A stretch of DNA of 64,000 nucleotides, taken from an uncultured Chloroflexia bacterium. Lineage in GTDB: Bacteria > Chloroflexota > Limnocylindria > QHBO01. The position numbers and the translations under genes are program-made. Shown here one piece after another: positions 1 to 9,003 of the stretch; the first letter of the stretch is position 1, and each line of letters begins with the position of its first letter. The notes beneath the pieces were generated by a model, which saw nothing but the letters and a program-made list of their open reading frames with translations, was not told where the DNA came from and made no database searches. The stretch lies in contig CAWGTN010000002.1 of the NCBI GenBank assembly GCA_963825525.1, forward strand, positions 128,001 through 192,000, read 5' to 3'.

Positions 1-1
1 G

Positions 2-163
2 TACGCCGGCTGGGGCCCCGAGGTCCGGGACGGAGCGTTCTGGCACGAGTTCAGCGCCCCGAGCGCGGGTCCGCCGCCGTGGGACGTCTACGAGATCACC
101 CCGACCACGTTCTATGCGGTGGCCACCCGAGAGCCGCACGGCGCGACGCGGTGGCGGGTGTGA
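2..163 (+). CDS. Pyridoxamine 5'-phosphate oxidase family protein, 3' fragment (window edge)
   Basis: Read manually: ...EFSAPSAGPPPWDVYEITP...GATRWRV*. Its TGA overlaps the GTG of the next gene. Confidence 0.6.
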   Translation, partial: YAGWGPEVRDGAFWHEFSAPSAGPPPWDVYEITPTTFYAVATREPHGATRWRV

Positions 164-615
164 CGGCCGAATCGAAGACTGGGCTGCGCCTGGACAACGT
201 CCTCGTCGTGGTCGAGGACCTCGACGCGGCCATTGCCTTCTTCATCGAGCTCGGGATGGAGCTCGAGGGACGTGCGCAGCTGGAAGGAGACTTCGTCGAC
301 CGAGTGATCGGGATCGACGGCGCTCGTGACGAGATCGCCATGATGCGCACCCCCGATGGCCTCGGGAAGCTGGAGCTCACGCAGTTCGAGACGCCGGCGG
401 CCGTTGGACCCAGCCCGAAGGACCTGCCGGTGAACGCACTCGGCTACCGCCGGGTCATGTTCTCGGTCGACGACCTCGACGCGGTGCTGGCTCGAGTTCT
501 CGCCGCCGGCGCCGAGCTCGTGCGCGACGTGGTGCAGTACGAGGATGTCTATCGGCTCTGCTTCATCCGCGGGCCGGAGGGCCTCATCATCGGGCTGGCC
601 CAGCCGCTGAGCTGA
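160..615 (+). CDS. VOC/glyoxalase family protein
   Basis: DNVLVVVEDLDAAIAFFIELG...KLELTQF...RGPEGLIIGLAQ. Confidence 0.85.
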   Translation: MTAESKTGLRLDNVLVVVEDLDAAIAFFIELGMELEGRAQLEGDFVDRVIGIDGARDEIAMMRTPDGLGKLELTQFETPAAVGPSPKDLPVNALGYRRVMFSVDDLDAVLARVLAAGAELVRDVVQYEDVYRLCFIRGPEGLIIGLAQPLS

Positions 616-738
616 CCAACGGGGTTCGGCGGCGATGCTTCGAGACGTTCAAGGACAGCGAGGGCAACACGTACGAGCTGACCCAGACTGGCTGACGTCG
701 CTGCGCGACTGGGAGCAGCATGAGCGCAACGAGCTGCT

Positions 739-1251
739 CTACTCCGGGATGGTGTTCGGCTCGGGCTCGGCCGGGATTGGCCCGTTCTCCAGGCGCGCCG
801 CCTCACGAACGGTGTTGTAGAAGATCTGCACCGGGCCGATCAGGGCCGCCAGCATCAGGAACTCGAGATATCCGAGGCTGGCGACGATGAGATTCCCGAG
901 CGTGACGACTGTCAGAACGGTCAGGCCGGCGATGATGGTCCAGCGCTCGCGCTCGCGCGGCCAGGCCGGCCCCGGTCGCGCCTGAAGGTATCCTCGGATA
1001 TACGGAATCACGAGAAGAATGGTTCCGACGCGCACCGTCAACGCCAGGTTCTCGCCCGTGATCGTGTATGCCGCCACGGTGCCAAAGCCTGCGAGGGTGA
1101 GGGCGAATCCCAGGAAGACGATGCTGGTGATCCGGTAGGCCGCAATCGGAGAATGTGCCAGCGGGCGACGGTCGAGCGCCGAGATCAGGCCCGCGAAGCC
1201 TGCCAGGGAGACGCCGAGGCCACCCATTGCCATGAAGAACGATTCATGCAC
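739..1251 (-). CDS. Hypothetical multi-pass membrane protein
   Basis: About five hydrophobic segments; start codon uncertain. Confidence 0.6.
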   Translation of the reverse strand: MHESFFMAMGGLGVSLAGFAGLISALDRRPLAHSPIAAYRITSIVFLGFALTLAGFGTVAAYTITGENLALTVRVGTILLVIPYIRGYLQARPGPAWPRERERWTIIAGLTVLTVVTLGNLIVASLGYLEFLMLAALIGPVQIFYNTVREAARLENGPIPAEPEPNTIPE

Positions 1252-1330
1252 GCCGCCACGATACGTCGTGATCAGTCGGGAGTCACGAGTTTCGCCATCG
1301 TCAGGCGTGACAAGCGAACTGGAGTGACCG

Positions 1331-1846
1331 ATGCCATCCAACGATCCGAAGACGACCCTCGACCCTCGCTTCAGCAGCGAGGACGCGACGCCAACCCCGT
1401 GGTCGACCGCTCGCGATCAGCTGCGAGAGGCGATGAGCTATCAGCTGACGACGATCCGGGCGGACGGCCGCCCGCATCAGACGACCATCGCGGGCATCTG
1501 GCTCGATGACGCCTTCTCGTTCTCGACCAGCAGTGGCGAGCAGAAGGCGCGCAACCTGGCGGCCGGCAACCACCATGTCATCGTCACCGCGGGCAACTCC
1601 GGCTGGGATGGCCTGGACGTGATTCTCGAGGGTGAGGCGGTGGAGGTGACCGATGCGGACCGGCTCGGCCGCCTGGTCGATGCCTACCGCACGAAGTACG
1701 ACGACTTCTTCGAGTTCCGCCTTGAAGACGGCCGGCTGGTTGCCCCCGGCGCGATCGGGGACAACCTCGTGTTCGACGTCCGTCCGCGGAAGGCCTTCGG
1801 CTTCGCGAAGGGCGATGTGTTCAGCCAGACCCGCTGGCAGTTCTGA
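1331..1846 (+). CDS. Pyridoxamine 5'-phosphate oxidase family protein
   Basis: LTTIRADGRPH, QKARNLA and C-terminal SQTRWQF; GGAG upstream. Confidence 0.85.
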   Translation: MPSNDPKTTLDPRFSSEDATPTPWSTARDQLREAMSYQLTTIRADGRPHQTTIAGIWLDDAFSFSTSSGEQKARNLAAGNHHVIVTAGNSGWDGLDVILEGEAVEVTDADRLGRLVDAYRTKYDDFFEFRLEDGRLVAPGAIGDNLVFDVRPRKAFGFAKGDVFSQTRWQF

Positions 1847-1880
1847 GGAGCGACCGACCCAGAGGCTGGTTTGCGGTGCG

Positions 1881-2357
1881 TCAGATGCTTCCGAGCCAGG
1901 CTCCGATGAGGTAGAGCAGCCCCAGGAGCGCACCGATCGCGAAGACCACGGCCGGCCGATCCCCGAAGGACGGCTCGACTGGGTCCGGTCGCGAGGGGCG
2001 GCGTTGTCGTGGCTGCGCGGCGACGCGGGACTCCGGCCAGGTCGTCCACGTTGCGTTCCGGGAGCGCGGCCCGTAGGTCGAGCCGTGCCACGGGGCGGTG
2101 CCTGCACCTGCCATATAGGGCGTCCCCGGCCAGGTCGTCGGTCGACGCTGCGCGTCGTACTGCGCCCGGCGCGCCGGGTTGGACACGATGCGCCATGCGT
2201 CGTTGATGCGCCGCATTCGCTCGGCAGCGGCCGCTCCCGGGTTGACGTCCGGGTGGAACGTCTTCGCCAGGCGTCGATGGGCGCGTGCCGCCTCGTCGCG
2301 GCTGGCCCCGGCCGGGATTCCCAAGGTGGCGTACGGATCGACGGTGGTGGTTGCCAT
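1881..2357 (-). CDS. Membrane-anchored J-domain protein
   Basis: DPYATLGI...LAKTFHPDVN...INDAW plus a C-terminal TM helix. Confidence 0.85.
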   Translation of the reverse strand: MATTTVDPYATLGIPAGASRDEAARAHRRLAKTFHPDVNPGAAAAERMRRINDAWRIVSNPARRAQYDAQRRPTTWPGTPYMAGAGTAPWHGSTYGPRSRNATWTTWPESRVAAQPRQRRPSRPDPVEPSFGDRPAVVFAIGALLGLLYLIGAWLGSI

Positions 2358-2358
2358 G

Positions 2359-2766
2359 TCAGGCGCTCCTTGGTGGCAGCCGCGTGGCGCGGCCGGTATC
2401 GGTCCAGATGAGCAGGTCGGCGATCACGAGCAGGACGATCGCGAGCTCGATGCCCTTCGTCACCCAGCCCAAGGTGAAGTAGGGACCCATCGCCAGGTAG
2501 GCGACGATCGTGACCGATGCGAACGTCGCCAATCCCACCCGCGGCAGCCAGCCGAGCCGGCGGATCACCGGCATCGGGAGGCAGGCAGCCGCCAGGTAGG
2601 CGGCACCCAACGCCACGTAGCCCGCGGCGTTGAGCAGGAACAGCATGCCGCCCAATGTGAAGTGGATGTACGCCGTCGCGAGGGTGAGCTCGAGGATCAC
2701 CCCGGTGAGGAGGACTCTCGGTGTCGTGTTCAAGGTTCCGATCTCCAATTGATGGTCCGTCGTCAC
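2359..2766 (-). CDS. Hypothetical four-TM membrane protein
   Basis: Hydrophobic ORF ending 1 nt before the J-domain start; start uncertain. Confidence 0.65.
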   Translation of the reverse strand: MTTDHQLEIGTLNTTPRVLLTGVILELTLATAYIHFTLGGMLFLLNAAGYVALGAAYLAAACLPMPVIRRLGWLPRVGLATFASVTIVAYLAMGPYFTLGWVTKGIELAIVLLVIADLLIWTDTGRATRLPPRSA

Positions 2767-2772
2767 ACTGAG

Positions 2773-2799
2773 CACGAACCGACCGCGCCCGATGTGACC
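2773..2799 (-). promoter_or_regulatory. ECF41-type promoter for the membrane protein/J-domain operon
   Basis: GGTCACA-N16-CGTG, compared with the published ECF41 consensus TGTCACA-N16-CGTC. Confidence 0.55.
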
Positions 2800-2821
2800 G
2801 ATCGAGCCACATCGGCGACCA

Positions 2822-2848
2822 TGTCACACTCGCAGTGACGCATCCGTG
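2822..2848 (+). promoter_or_regulatory. ECF41-type autoregulatory promoter
   Basis: TGTCACA-N16-CGTG ending 8 nt before the sigma factor ATG. Confidence 0.65.
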
Positions 2849-2856
2849 TTCGTTCC

Positions 2857-3759
2857 ATGACCCCACCACAATCCGACGACGACACGACCCGACGCGACTG
2901 GTTGGCCGGCGAGTTCGAGCGACACCGAGGTCACTTGCGCTCGGTCGCCTACCGGATGCTGGGCTCTGTCACCGAGGCGGATGATGCGGTCCAGGAGGCG
3001 TGGCTGCGCCTCGACCGCAGCGACCCCGGCGGCACCGACGACATGCGAGGTTGGTTGACCGTGGTCGTGGGCCGCATCTGCCTCGATGCCCTGCGGCGGC
3101 GCAAGTCACGGAACGAGCAGCTGGCCGGCTCGTGGCTGCCGGAACCGATCATCCGCATGGCCAACGACGCAGGACCGGAGCGCGACGCGGTCATGGCCGA
3201 CTCAGTCGGTCTGGCGCTACTGGTGGTGCTCGAGTCATTGAGCCCGGCGGAGCGCCTGGCGTTCGTGCTGCACGACGTGTTCGGCGTCCCGTTCGAGGAG
3301 ATCGCACCCGTCGTGGAGCGCACCCCGGCCGCGGCGCGCCAGCTCGCCAGTCGTGCCCGCCGCCGTGTGCGCTCCGAGGCTCCCGAGCCGGATGCGGACA
3401 TCGCCGTTCAGCGGCGAGCGGTCGACGCGTTCCTGGCGGCGGCGCGAGACGGTGACTTCGAGGGGCTGCTGCGCGTGCTCGACCCCGACGTGGTGCTCCG
3501 CGTCGATGGCGGACCGAACGCGCCTCGCGCCTTCTCCGGGCCGCCGCTCATCGGCGCCGAGGCCGTGGCGCGTGGAGCGGGCAATTTCCGTGGGGCTGCC
3601 CCGCGGGCAGAGCCGGTGCTCGTCAACGGCGCTGCCGGGCTGCTGGTGCGCTTCCCGGCTCGCTCACTCGTCGCGGCCTTCACCGTCGCCAATGGGCGCA
3701 TCGTGGAGATCGACATCATCGCCGACCCCGCGAAGCTCCGCGGGCTCGACCCGGCGTAG
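2857..3759 (+). CDS. ECF41 (SigJ-like) sigma factor with SnoaL-like C-terminal extension
   Basis: AYRMLGS..ADDAVQEAWLR, WLPEP linker, VDGG and DPAKL motifs. Confidence 0.9.
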   Translation: MTPPQSDDDTTRRDWLAGEFERHRGHLRSVAYRMLGSVTEADDAVQEAWLRLDRSDPGGTDDMRGWLTVVVGRICLDALRRRKSRNEQLAGSWLPEPIIRMANDAGPERDAVMADSVGLALLVVLESLSPAERLAFVLHDVFGVPFEEIAPVVERTPAAARQLASRARRRVRSEAPEPDADIAVQRRAVDAFLAAARDGDFEGLLRVLDPDVVLRVDGGPNAPRAFSGPPLIGAEAVARGAGNFRGAAPRAEPVLVNGAAGLLVRFPARSLVAAFTVANGRIVEIDIIADPAKLRGLDPA

Positions 3760-3900
3760 CCGGAGGAAGCTCTCGATCCCTGCGACGCGCATGACGGAGC
3801 GCTGGAGCGGATGGAAGGCCTCGTACGGGACGCGTCGCGGCGATGTGACCGATCGGGCGGCGATCTGTTGCGCGCCGCGGGATGAGCGTGGTGGGCGGTG

Positions 3901-4173
3901 TCAGCGCCTGGTCAGTTTCGGGTTCAGCTTCACGAGCAGGACGATCCAGACCAGGAACGCGGCGATCCCGGCGCCGATCAGCGTCGGCCAGCCTCCACAC
4001 GGCACCGTCCAGGCGCTGAACATGCCGAAGCAGGTCGGCGGATCGGGATCGATGCCGCCGCCCCACGGGAACTGGAGCACGAACACGACGAGGCCTGCCA
4101 GGAGCGCGGCAACGCCCAGGCGCCTCGGCGACGGCGGCCGGGGATCAGCGGATGCCATTGGCGCTTCCGGCAA
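3901..4173 (-). CDS. Small hypothetical membrane protein
   Basis: Two TM segments around a loop with two cysteines. Confidence 0.5.
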   Translation of the reverse strand: MPEAPMASADPRPPSPRRLGVAALLAGLVVFVLQFPWGGGIDPDPPTCFGMFSAWTVPCGGWPTLIGAGIAAFLVWIVLLVKLNPKLTRR

Positions 4174-4462
4174 GCATGAGCATCGCGAGCGGCACGAAGA
4201 TCAGGACCCCCAGGACCACGCCACCGGCCGTGACGAGCCTGGAGCGCATGCCAGAGGTCCGCATGTCGGACGGCACGCTCGATCGATCGCCGATGAAGGT
4301 CACCGCCAGCAGGCTCGAGAACACCACGATGAGCCACCACCCGGCGACCGCTGATTCGTCACCCACGGCGACACCGGCGATCCCGGACAGAATCAGCAGC
4401 ACGCACATCGCTCGGAGCAGCAGCATGCCGCTCACAATGCTCCGAAGCGTGCCCGTGGGCAA
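4145..4462 (-). CDS. Small hypothetical membrane protein
   Basis: Three hydrophobic segments. Confidence 0.5.
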   Translation of the reverse strand: MPTGTLRSIVSGMLLLRAMCVLLILSGIAGVAVGDESAVAGWWLIVVFSSLLAVTFIGDRSSVPSDMRTSGMRSRLVTAGGVVLGVLIFVPLAMLMLAGSANGIR

Positions 4463-4516
4463 GATCTGCAGCTCAATGTCGCTCTACCGATCGCGGTTCA
4501 GCGGGCGACGCGATCG

Positions 4517-4852
4517 CTACGCATCGGACTCTTGGGCCAGCTCCATGCGCAGCTCATCGGCTCGGCTGAGCTCGTCCGCGAGGCTGGCGCGGTCGGTCGA
4601 ATCGAGGGAGACCTGCTCGACCTGGTCGAGCAGTGCGGCGGCGCGGTCATCGTCGTCGAGGGCGTGGGCGGCATCGGCGCGAAGGATCCACGCCTGGACC
4701 CGAAGCCGATCGGAGGCGTCGGGGGTGGCGGCCAGGGCGTCATCGATCACCTTGGCCGTCGTCGCCGGATCGACCTTCGAGTAGAGGAGCAGGTTCGCCG
4801 CCGCCAGCGCACGCTCGAGGCGGGGGAGCGGCTCATCGGAGGCGGACCGCAT
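4517..4852 (-). CDS. Hypothetical helical (TPR-like) protein
   Basis: Acidic helical ORF overlapping the VOC gene end. Confidence 0.5.
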   Translation of the reverse strand: MRSASDEPLPRLERALAAANLLLYSKVDPATTAKVIDDALAATPDASDRLRVQAWILRADAAHALDDDDRAAALLDQVEQVSLDSTDRASLADELSRADELRMELAQESDA

Positions 4853-5255
4853 CGGCGGCGACCAGGGGCTGGCCGATCCGGATGATGTTGCCGCCGGGAT
4901 CGGTCAGGAGGAACTGGCGCACGCCGTACGACATGTCACCGATTGCGCCGATGCGCGGGATGCCTCGCGTCGGGATCCGGCCGAGCGACGCCTTGAGCCC
5001 AGCCCGGAAGTCCGCGTACAGCCGATCGACGTCCGAGACCATCACGTAGCACGTGCTGTAGGAGTCGGCCGGCTCGTAGCCCTTCATCGTGAAGAACTGG
5101 AGCTCGATCGCGCCGCGCCGGATCGCGGCGAAGACGTTGGGCGACTTCTGCCGATACGTGACCTCGAACCCGAGCGACTCGTAGAACGCGATCTGGTCGT
5201 CGATCGATCGGGACGGGAGGATCGGGATCATCCGATCCGGCGGCAGCTCACTCAC
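4833..5255 (-). CDS. VOC/bleomycin resistance family protein
   Basis: IPILPSRS..FYESLGF...YGVRQF..TDPGGNIIRIGQ. Confidence 0.85.
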   Translation of the reverse strand: MSELPPDRMIPILPSRSIDDQIAFYESLGFEVTYRQKSPNVFAAIRRGAIELQFFTMKGYEPADSYSTCYVMVSDVDRLYADFRAGLKASLGRIPTRGIPRIGAIGDMSYGVRQFLLTDPGGNIIRIGQPLVAADAVRLR

Positions 5256-5416
5256 CGTGCCGATGGTAGCGAGGGTCAGGGCCTCTCGGACCGTATGGCA
5301 GCACGCTGCCCGATTTCACCGATGCCCGCGATCCCCTTCGATCGGCACGAGGGGCAGTAGCGCCGGCCACCAAGTCGCGACATCGTGGGCATGATCCGCG
5401 ACCTCTAGCGGCGAGA

Positions 5417-6574
5417 TCAGAAGAACCCGCCCGACCCGTCCTTCCACATGCGATAGCCCTCCAGCTCATCGGATGAGCACATGGCGAGGCGCTCGTACGC
5501 CGGCTCCATCTTCGCGAAAGCCGGTCTCGACAGCGGCATGTGACCGATGCTGAACGTCGGGGCGTCGTGCCGGTCCAGGTGCAGCGACCAGGGATTGAGT
5601 TTGTCTGGCGGGATGTCGTACCGATCGGCGTACAGGCGGATGTGAACGCCTCGTCGCTCGACGCGCAGGATCTTTGCGATGCCGTACCCGTTCTCGTCCT
5701 TGACCGACACCAACGGAACGATCGTCGCGTCCAGGTCGCGCCCGAGTAGCGGTCCGCCGGCTTCCCGCCATCCGGCGATCTCCTCCGCCTCATCCGGGAA
5801 CACCGAGGCGGTGCCGCCGGGCTCGGGAAGCGCATCCGTGAAGGCCCCCGTCGTCAAAGCTAGGTGTGGCACCCCGACGCCGCCGTCGAGCGCGAGCAGC
5901 GGCTGACCGGCGATCGAGATTGAGGCGGTGCGCCGCAACGACGGTTCGAGCGGGCGCAGCGCGAGGGGATCGTCGAGCCGGGACTCGGTGTCCAGGATCT
6001 CGATGATGTCCTCCGGCCGCTGCTTCACGACGCCGGGCAGCAGGGCCAGATGCACGGCGTCCCGATCGACGGCGGTGACCTTGACGACGCGGAACCCGGC
6101 GAAGGCGTCGACCGTGTAGAGGGAGCCCTCGTTCGGGATGACGAGCGGGCGTTCGGCCAACCGGGCGAACGCATCGAGCTCTCGGCGTCCGGTCTTCGTG
6201 GTGGTCCCGCGCGTCACGCGCTCCATGACGCCGCTGAGCGGACCGAGCTCAACCGCAAGGTCGTACGTCACCGAGACTCGTGTGCCGCCGCCGATCGGCG
6301 CGAATGCAGCCTCCGTGCGATTGCGCGACCGCATGCCGTCTTCCTCGACGACATACGAGCGCCCAGGATGAGCTTCCGCCACACGAGTCGTGCGCTTCAT
6401 GCCCGGACCGAAGTCGAGGCGCAGCACCGTTCCCACCTCGGTCGCCGGCCCGGAAGCCTCGGCGACGCGGAGAAGCCCCATCTGCCACTGCGGCCACCGG
6501 CCGGCATCGGTCCAGAGCCGGTACGCATCGTCAGGCGGGAGCGCGACATCGACCGAGAGCTCGTAGCGTCCCAT
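5417..6574 (-). CDS. SRPBCC domain fused to two tandem uncharacterised domains
   Basis: N-terminal [16 protein letters not shown] signature; internally duplicated C-terminal module. Confidence 0.7.
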   Translation of the reverse strand: MGRYELSVDVALPPDDAYRLWTDAGRWPQWQMGLLRVAEASGPATEVGTVLRLDFGPGMKRTTRVAEAHPGRSYVVEEDGMRSRNRTEAAFAPIGGGTRVSVTYDLAVELGPLSGVMERVTRGTTTKTGRRELDAFARLAERPLVIPNEGSLYTVDAFAGFRVVKVTAVDRDAVHLALLPGVVKQRPEDIIEILDTESRLDDPLALRPLEPSLRRTASISIAGQPLLALDGGVGVPHLALTTGAFTDALPEPGGTASVFPDEAEEIAGWREAGGPLLGRDLDATIVPLVSVKDENGYGIAKILRVERRGVHIRLYADRYDIPPDKLNPWSLHLDRHDAPTFSIGHMPLSRPAFAKMEPAYERLAMCSSDELEGYRMWKDGSGGFF

Positions 6575-6645
6575 GGTGTCGAATCCTAGTGGCCTCGATC
6601 GGTCCCTGGTTCGGTGTTGGCGAAAGCCGGGCCTACACTCGACGC

Positions 6646-7035
6646 ATGGCAACCGATACCACGCTCCCCCTCGGCAACTTCTCCGTGAGCCTCGCCGTGA
6701 AGGACATCGCGGCGTCGCGCGACTTCTACGAGAAGCTCGGCTTCTCGGTGATGGGCGGCGACCAGGCGGAGAACTGGCTCATCCTGCGGAACGGCGCCGC
6801 GATCATCGGCCTGTTCCAGGGGATGTTCGAGCGCAACACGCTCACCTTCAATCCCGGCTGGGACGCCGATGGCGCCACGCTGCCCGATTTCACCGATGTC
6901 CGCGAGATCCAGCGTCGCCTGAAGGCGGCCGGCATCCAGCCCTCCCTGGAGGCCGATGAGTCCGGGTCAGGCCCGGCCAGCCTCATGGTCACCGACCCCG
7001 ACGGCAACCCGATCCTGCTCGACCAGCACGTTGAG
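6646..7035 (+). CDS. VOC/glyoxalase family protein
   Basis: [25 protein letters not shown]...[13 protein letters not shown]. The expected stop after DQHV is missing, probably a 1-nt error, so the ORF runs on to 7344. Confidence 0.8.
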
Positions 7036-7410
7036 CTCCGGCCAGATGAACAGCGAGGGAGGCTCGGACTCGTCCACGCTCGGGAACTCGGCAAGCGTGC
7101 CTTCCGCGTAGTGGACGATCTCCAGACACCGGAGCTCCCCATCGTCACTCGCGAACAGCAGCAGCTCAAACATGCCCGTTCGATGTCGCGACTCGATGAG
7201 TGGTGCGCCCTCACAACGGCCGTCGGTGGAAGGAGCGAACGTCACGCTTGGGCAGCACTCCCACCTCTCAGCCACGCGAGCGGTGTCGGCTCGGATGCGC
7301 AGCGCCTGGATGATGCCCTCGTCGCGGCCGCTCACCTCGATTGACAGCAGGAAATCGAGCACGCGACGCTCCGCGGCGTCTAAGCGGCTTCCACTTACCT
7401 CGGCTGGCAT
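6967..7410 (-). CDS. Hypothetical protein between the duplicated VOC segments
   Basis: 147-aa ORF with CCPS and [14 protein letters not shown]; 3' end uncertain. Confidence 0.5.
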   Translation of the reverse strand: MPAEVSGSRLDAAERRVLDFLLSIEVSGRDEGIIQALRIRADTARVAERWECCPSVTFAPSTDGRCEGAPLIESRHRTGMFELLLFASDDGELRCLEIVHYAEGTLAEFPSVDESEPPSLFIWPELNVLVEQDRVAVGVGDHEAGRA

Positions 7411-7466
7411 CGTCCCGACATGTTACGCACGTAGCGCGTGGGCTGACCTGCGTAACGTGCTGGATG

Positions 7467-7692
7467 ATCGGCCTGTTCCAGGGGATGTTCGAGCGCAACA
7501 CGCTCACCACCAATCCCGGCTAGGACGCCGATGGCGCCACGCTGCCCGAGTTCACCGATGTCCGCGATATCCAGCGTCGCCTGAGGGCCGCGGGCATCCA
7601 GCCATCCATGGAGGCCGATGAATCCGGGTCAGGCCCGGCCAGCCACATGCTCACCAACCCCGACGGCAACCTGATCCTGCTCGATCAGCACG
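7467..7692 (+). pseudogene. Degenerate copy of the VOC gene 3' half (6805-7030)
   Basis: 226-bp direct repeat with 16 substitutions by hand count, including TGG>TAG. Confidence 0.9.
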
Positions 7693-7741
7693 CTAGGTTG
7701 ATACCCCGATTTCGCTGCGGGTCCGCCGGCCCGCCTGAACC

Positions 7742-8758
7742 TCAACGGTATAGGCCTTCGAATGCAGCGAAGATCGCGAACATCGTCCTCTCGACAATCT
7801 GCGAGAAGTCGGACATCAAACCGGCGGGACGCAGCAAGCCGTGCGCAGCCTTGTTTCTAACTGCGTAAACGACAGCCAAGTCCATTTCGCGGGGAGACAG
7901 AATCCTAGATGACCCCGGAAACGATCCTGTGGCCAACAGCGTGCCCATGGATGCATCTGAAGTTGTCAGCTGAAACGCCTTTGACATCTGCTCGATATCC
8001 AAGCTAGAGATTCGGACGCCGTGGCCCTTTGGGTAGGACTTAAGCATCTCGGCCAGAGTCTTGGCCGGTGCAGTCGCCCGCCGTCTTAGCAGGTCTTCCA
8101 CGACAAGACACAATTCGAGCTCTGCTTGACTGAACAACAGCTGCGCGAACTCGCTCCGGGTCACGCCCTCGATCCGTGGGTCAGACAAGTGGGCGACGCG
8201 GGCAACGCTGTGTGTGATTGCCGCGATCGTGGGAAGCAGAGTCGGATTTCTTTGGTAGCGGCCACTGAAGCTTTGCCAGTTGAGCTTTCCACGCCGGGCA
8301 CGTCGGTACGCGCGGAGGTGCCTATCGAGGGCTTCTTCGTAGCCCTTCACCTTCCCGTAGAACGCCTGGTTTGGATCTGACGCGTCTGCGGTCACGAACC
8401 ACACAGCGGGTCGGGCGGAAGGAAGCCGCCGACCGACATACGGTCCTCTTCGGCGGCTTGATGCATGTAGAGAAAGCCCCGGTCAAGATTTCCGAGGGCG
8501 ATATCCCGCACTCCGGCGAAGTAGTAGCCAGTGCCTTTGTGCAGGCGGCGGCCTGGGTTCGTTGCTTCCCATGAGTGGGCAATTCCGAGGGCCCACTCCC
8601 ACATGCCGACTCCCGAGCGGCATGTGCTGGCGAGGCAGCGCCAAGTTCCCGACGTTGTCGAAGAAGGGATCGATGTTGCCATCGGCAGAAGCTCGAGTGT
8701 CAAAGTACGAATGCGCGGCGGCTACGAAGCCGGCTTCGTCGAATGGTGTCCCGAGCAA
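7742..8758 (-). CDS. Putative HEPN-domain protein split over three frames
   Basis: Adjacent ORFs 8483-8758, 8392-8703 and 7742-8404; C-terminal VRNKAAHG (RxxxxH); AT-richer codon usage than the backbone. Confidence 0.55.
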
Positions 8759-9003
8759 ATCAGCTCATGGAGTGCGATGAATCGGGAGGTCAGTTCATGC
8801 CCGAGCCATTTGACGGCCGTACCCTCGACACCCGGTACTGGAACGAGATCACCATCGTTCGAAAGTGTCACTGGGTGACGGTACCCCAGCGAATGGCTTC
8901 AAGAACGCCGCTAGTCCGGTGATCGGCTTGACCCGGGTGTTGGCTCCGATCACCTCGGGGTAAGCCGCCTAGCTCACTCACGGCGCGCGGCTAGGATGGC
9001 CGG

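Noticed and set aside
6805-7692. Diversity-generating retroelement TR/VR pair
   Set aside because: Only 7 of 16 mismatches have A in the putative template, and no reverse transcriptase is present in the window.
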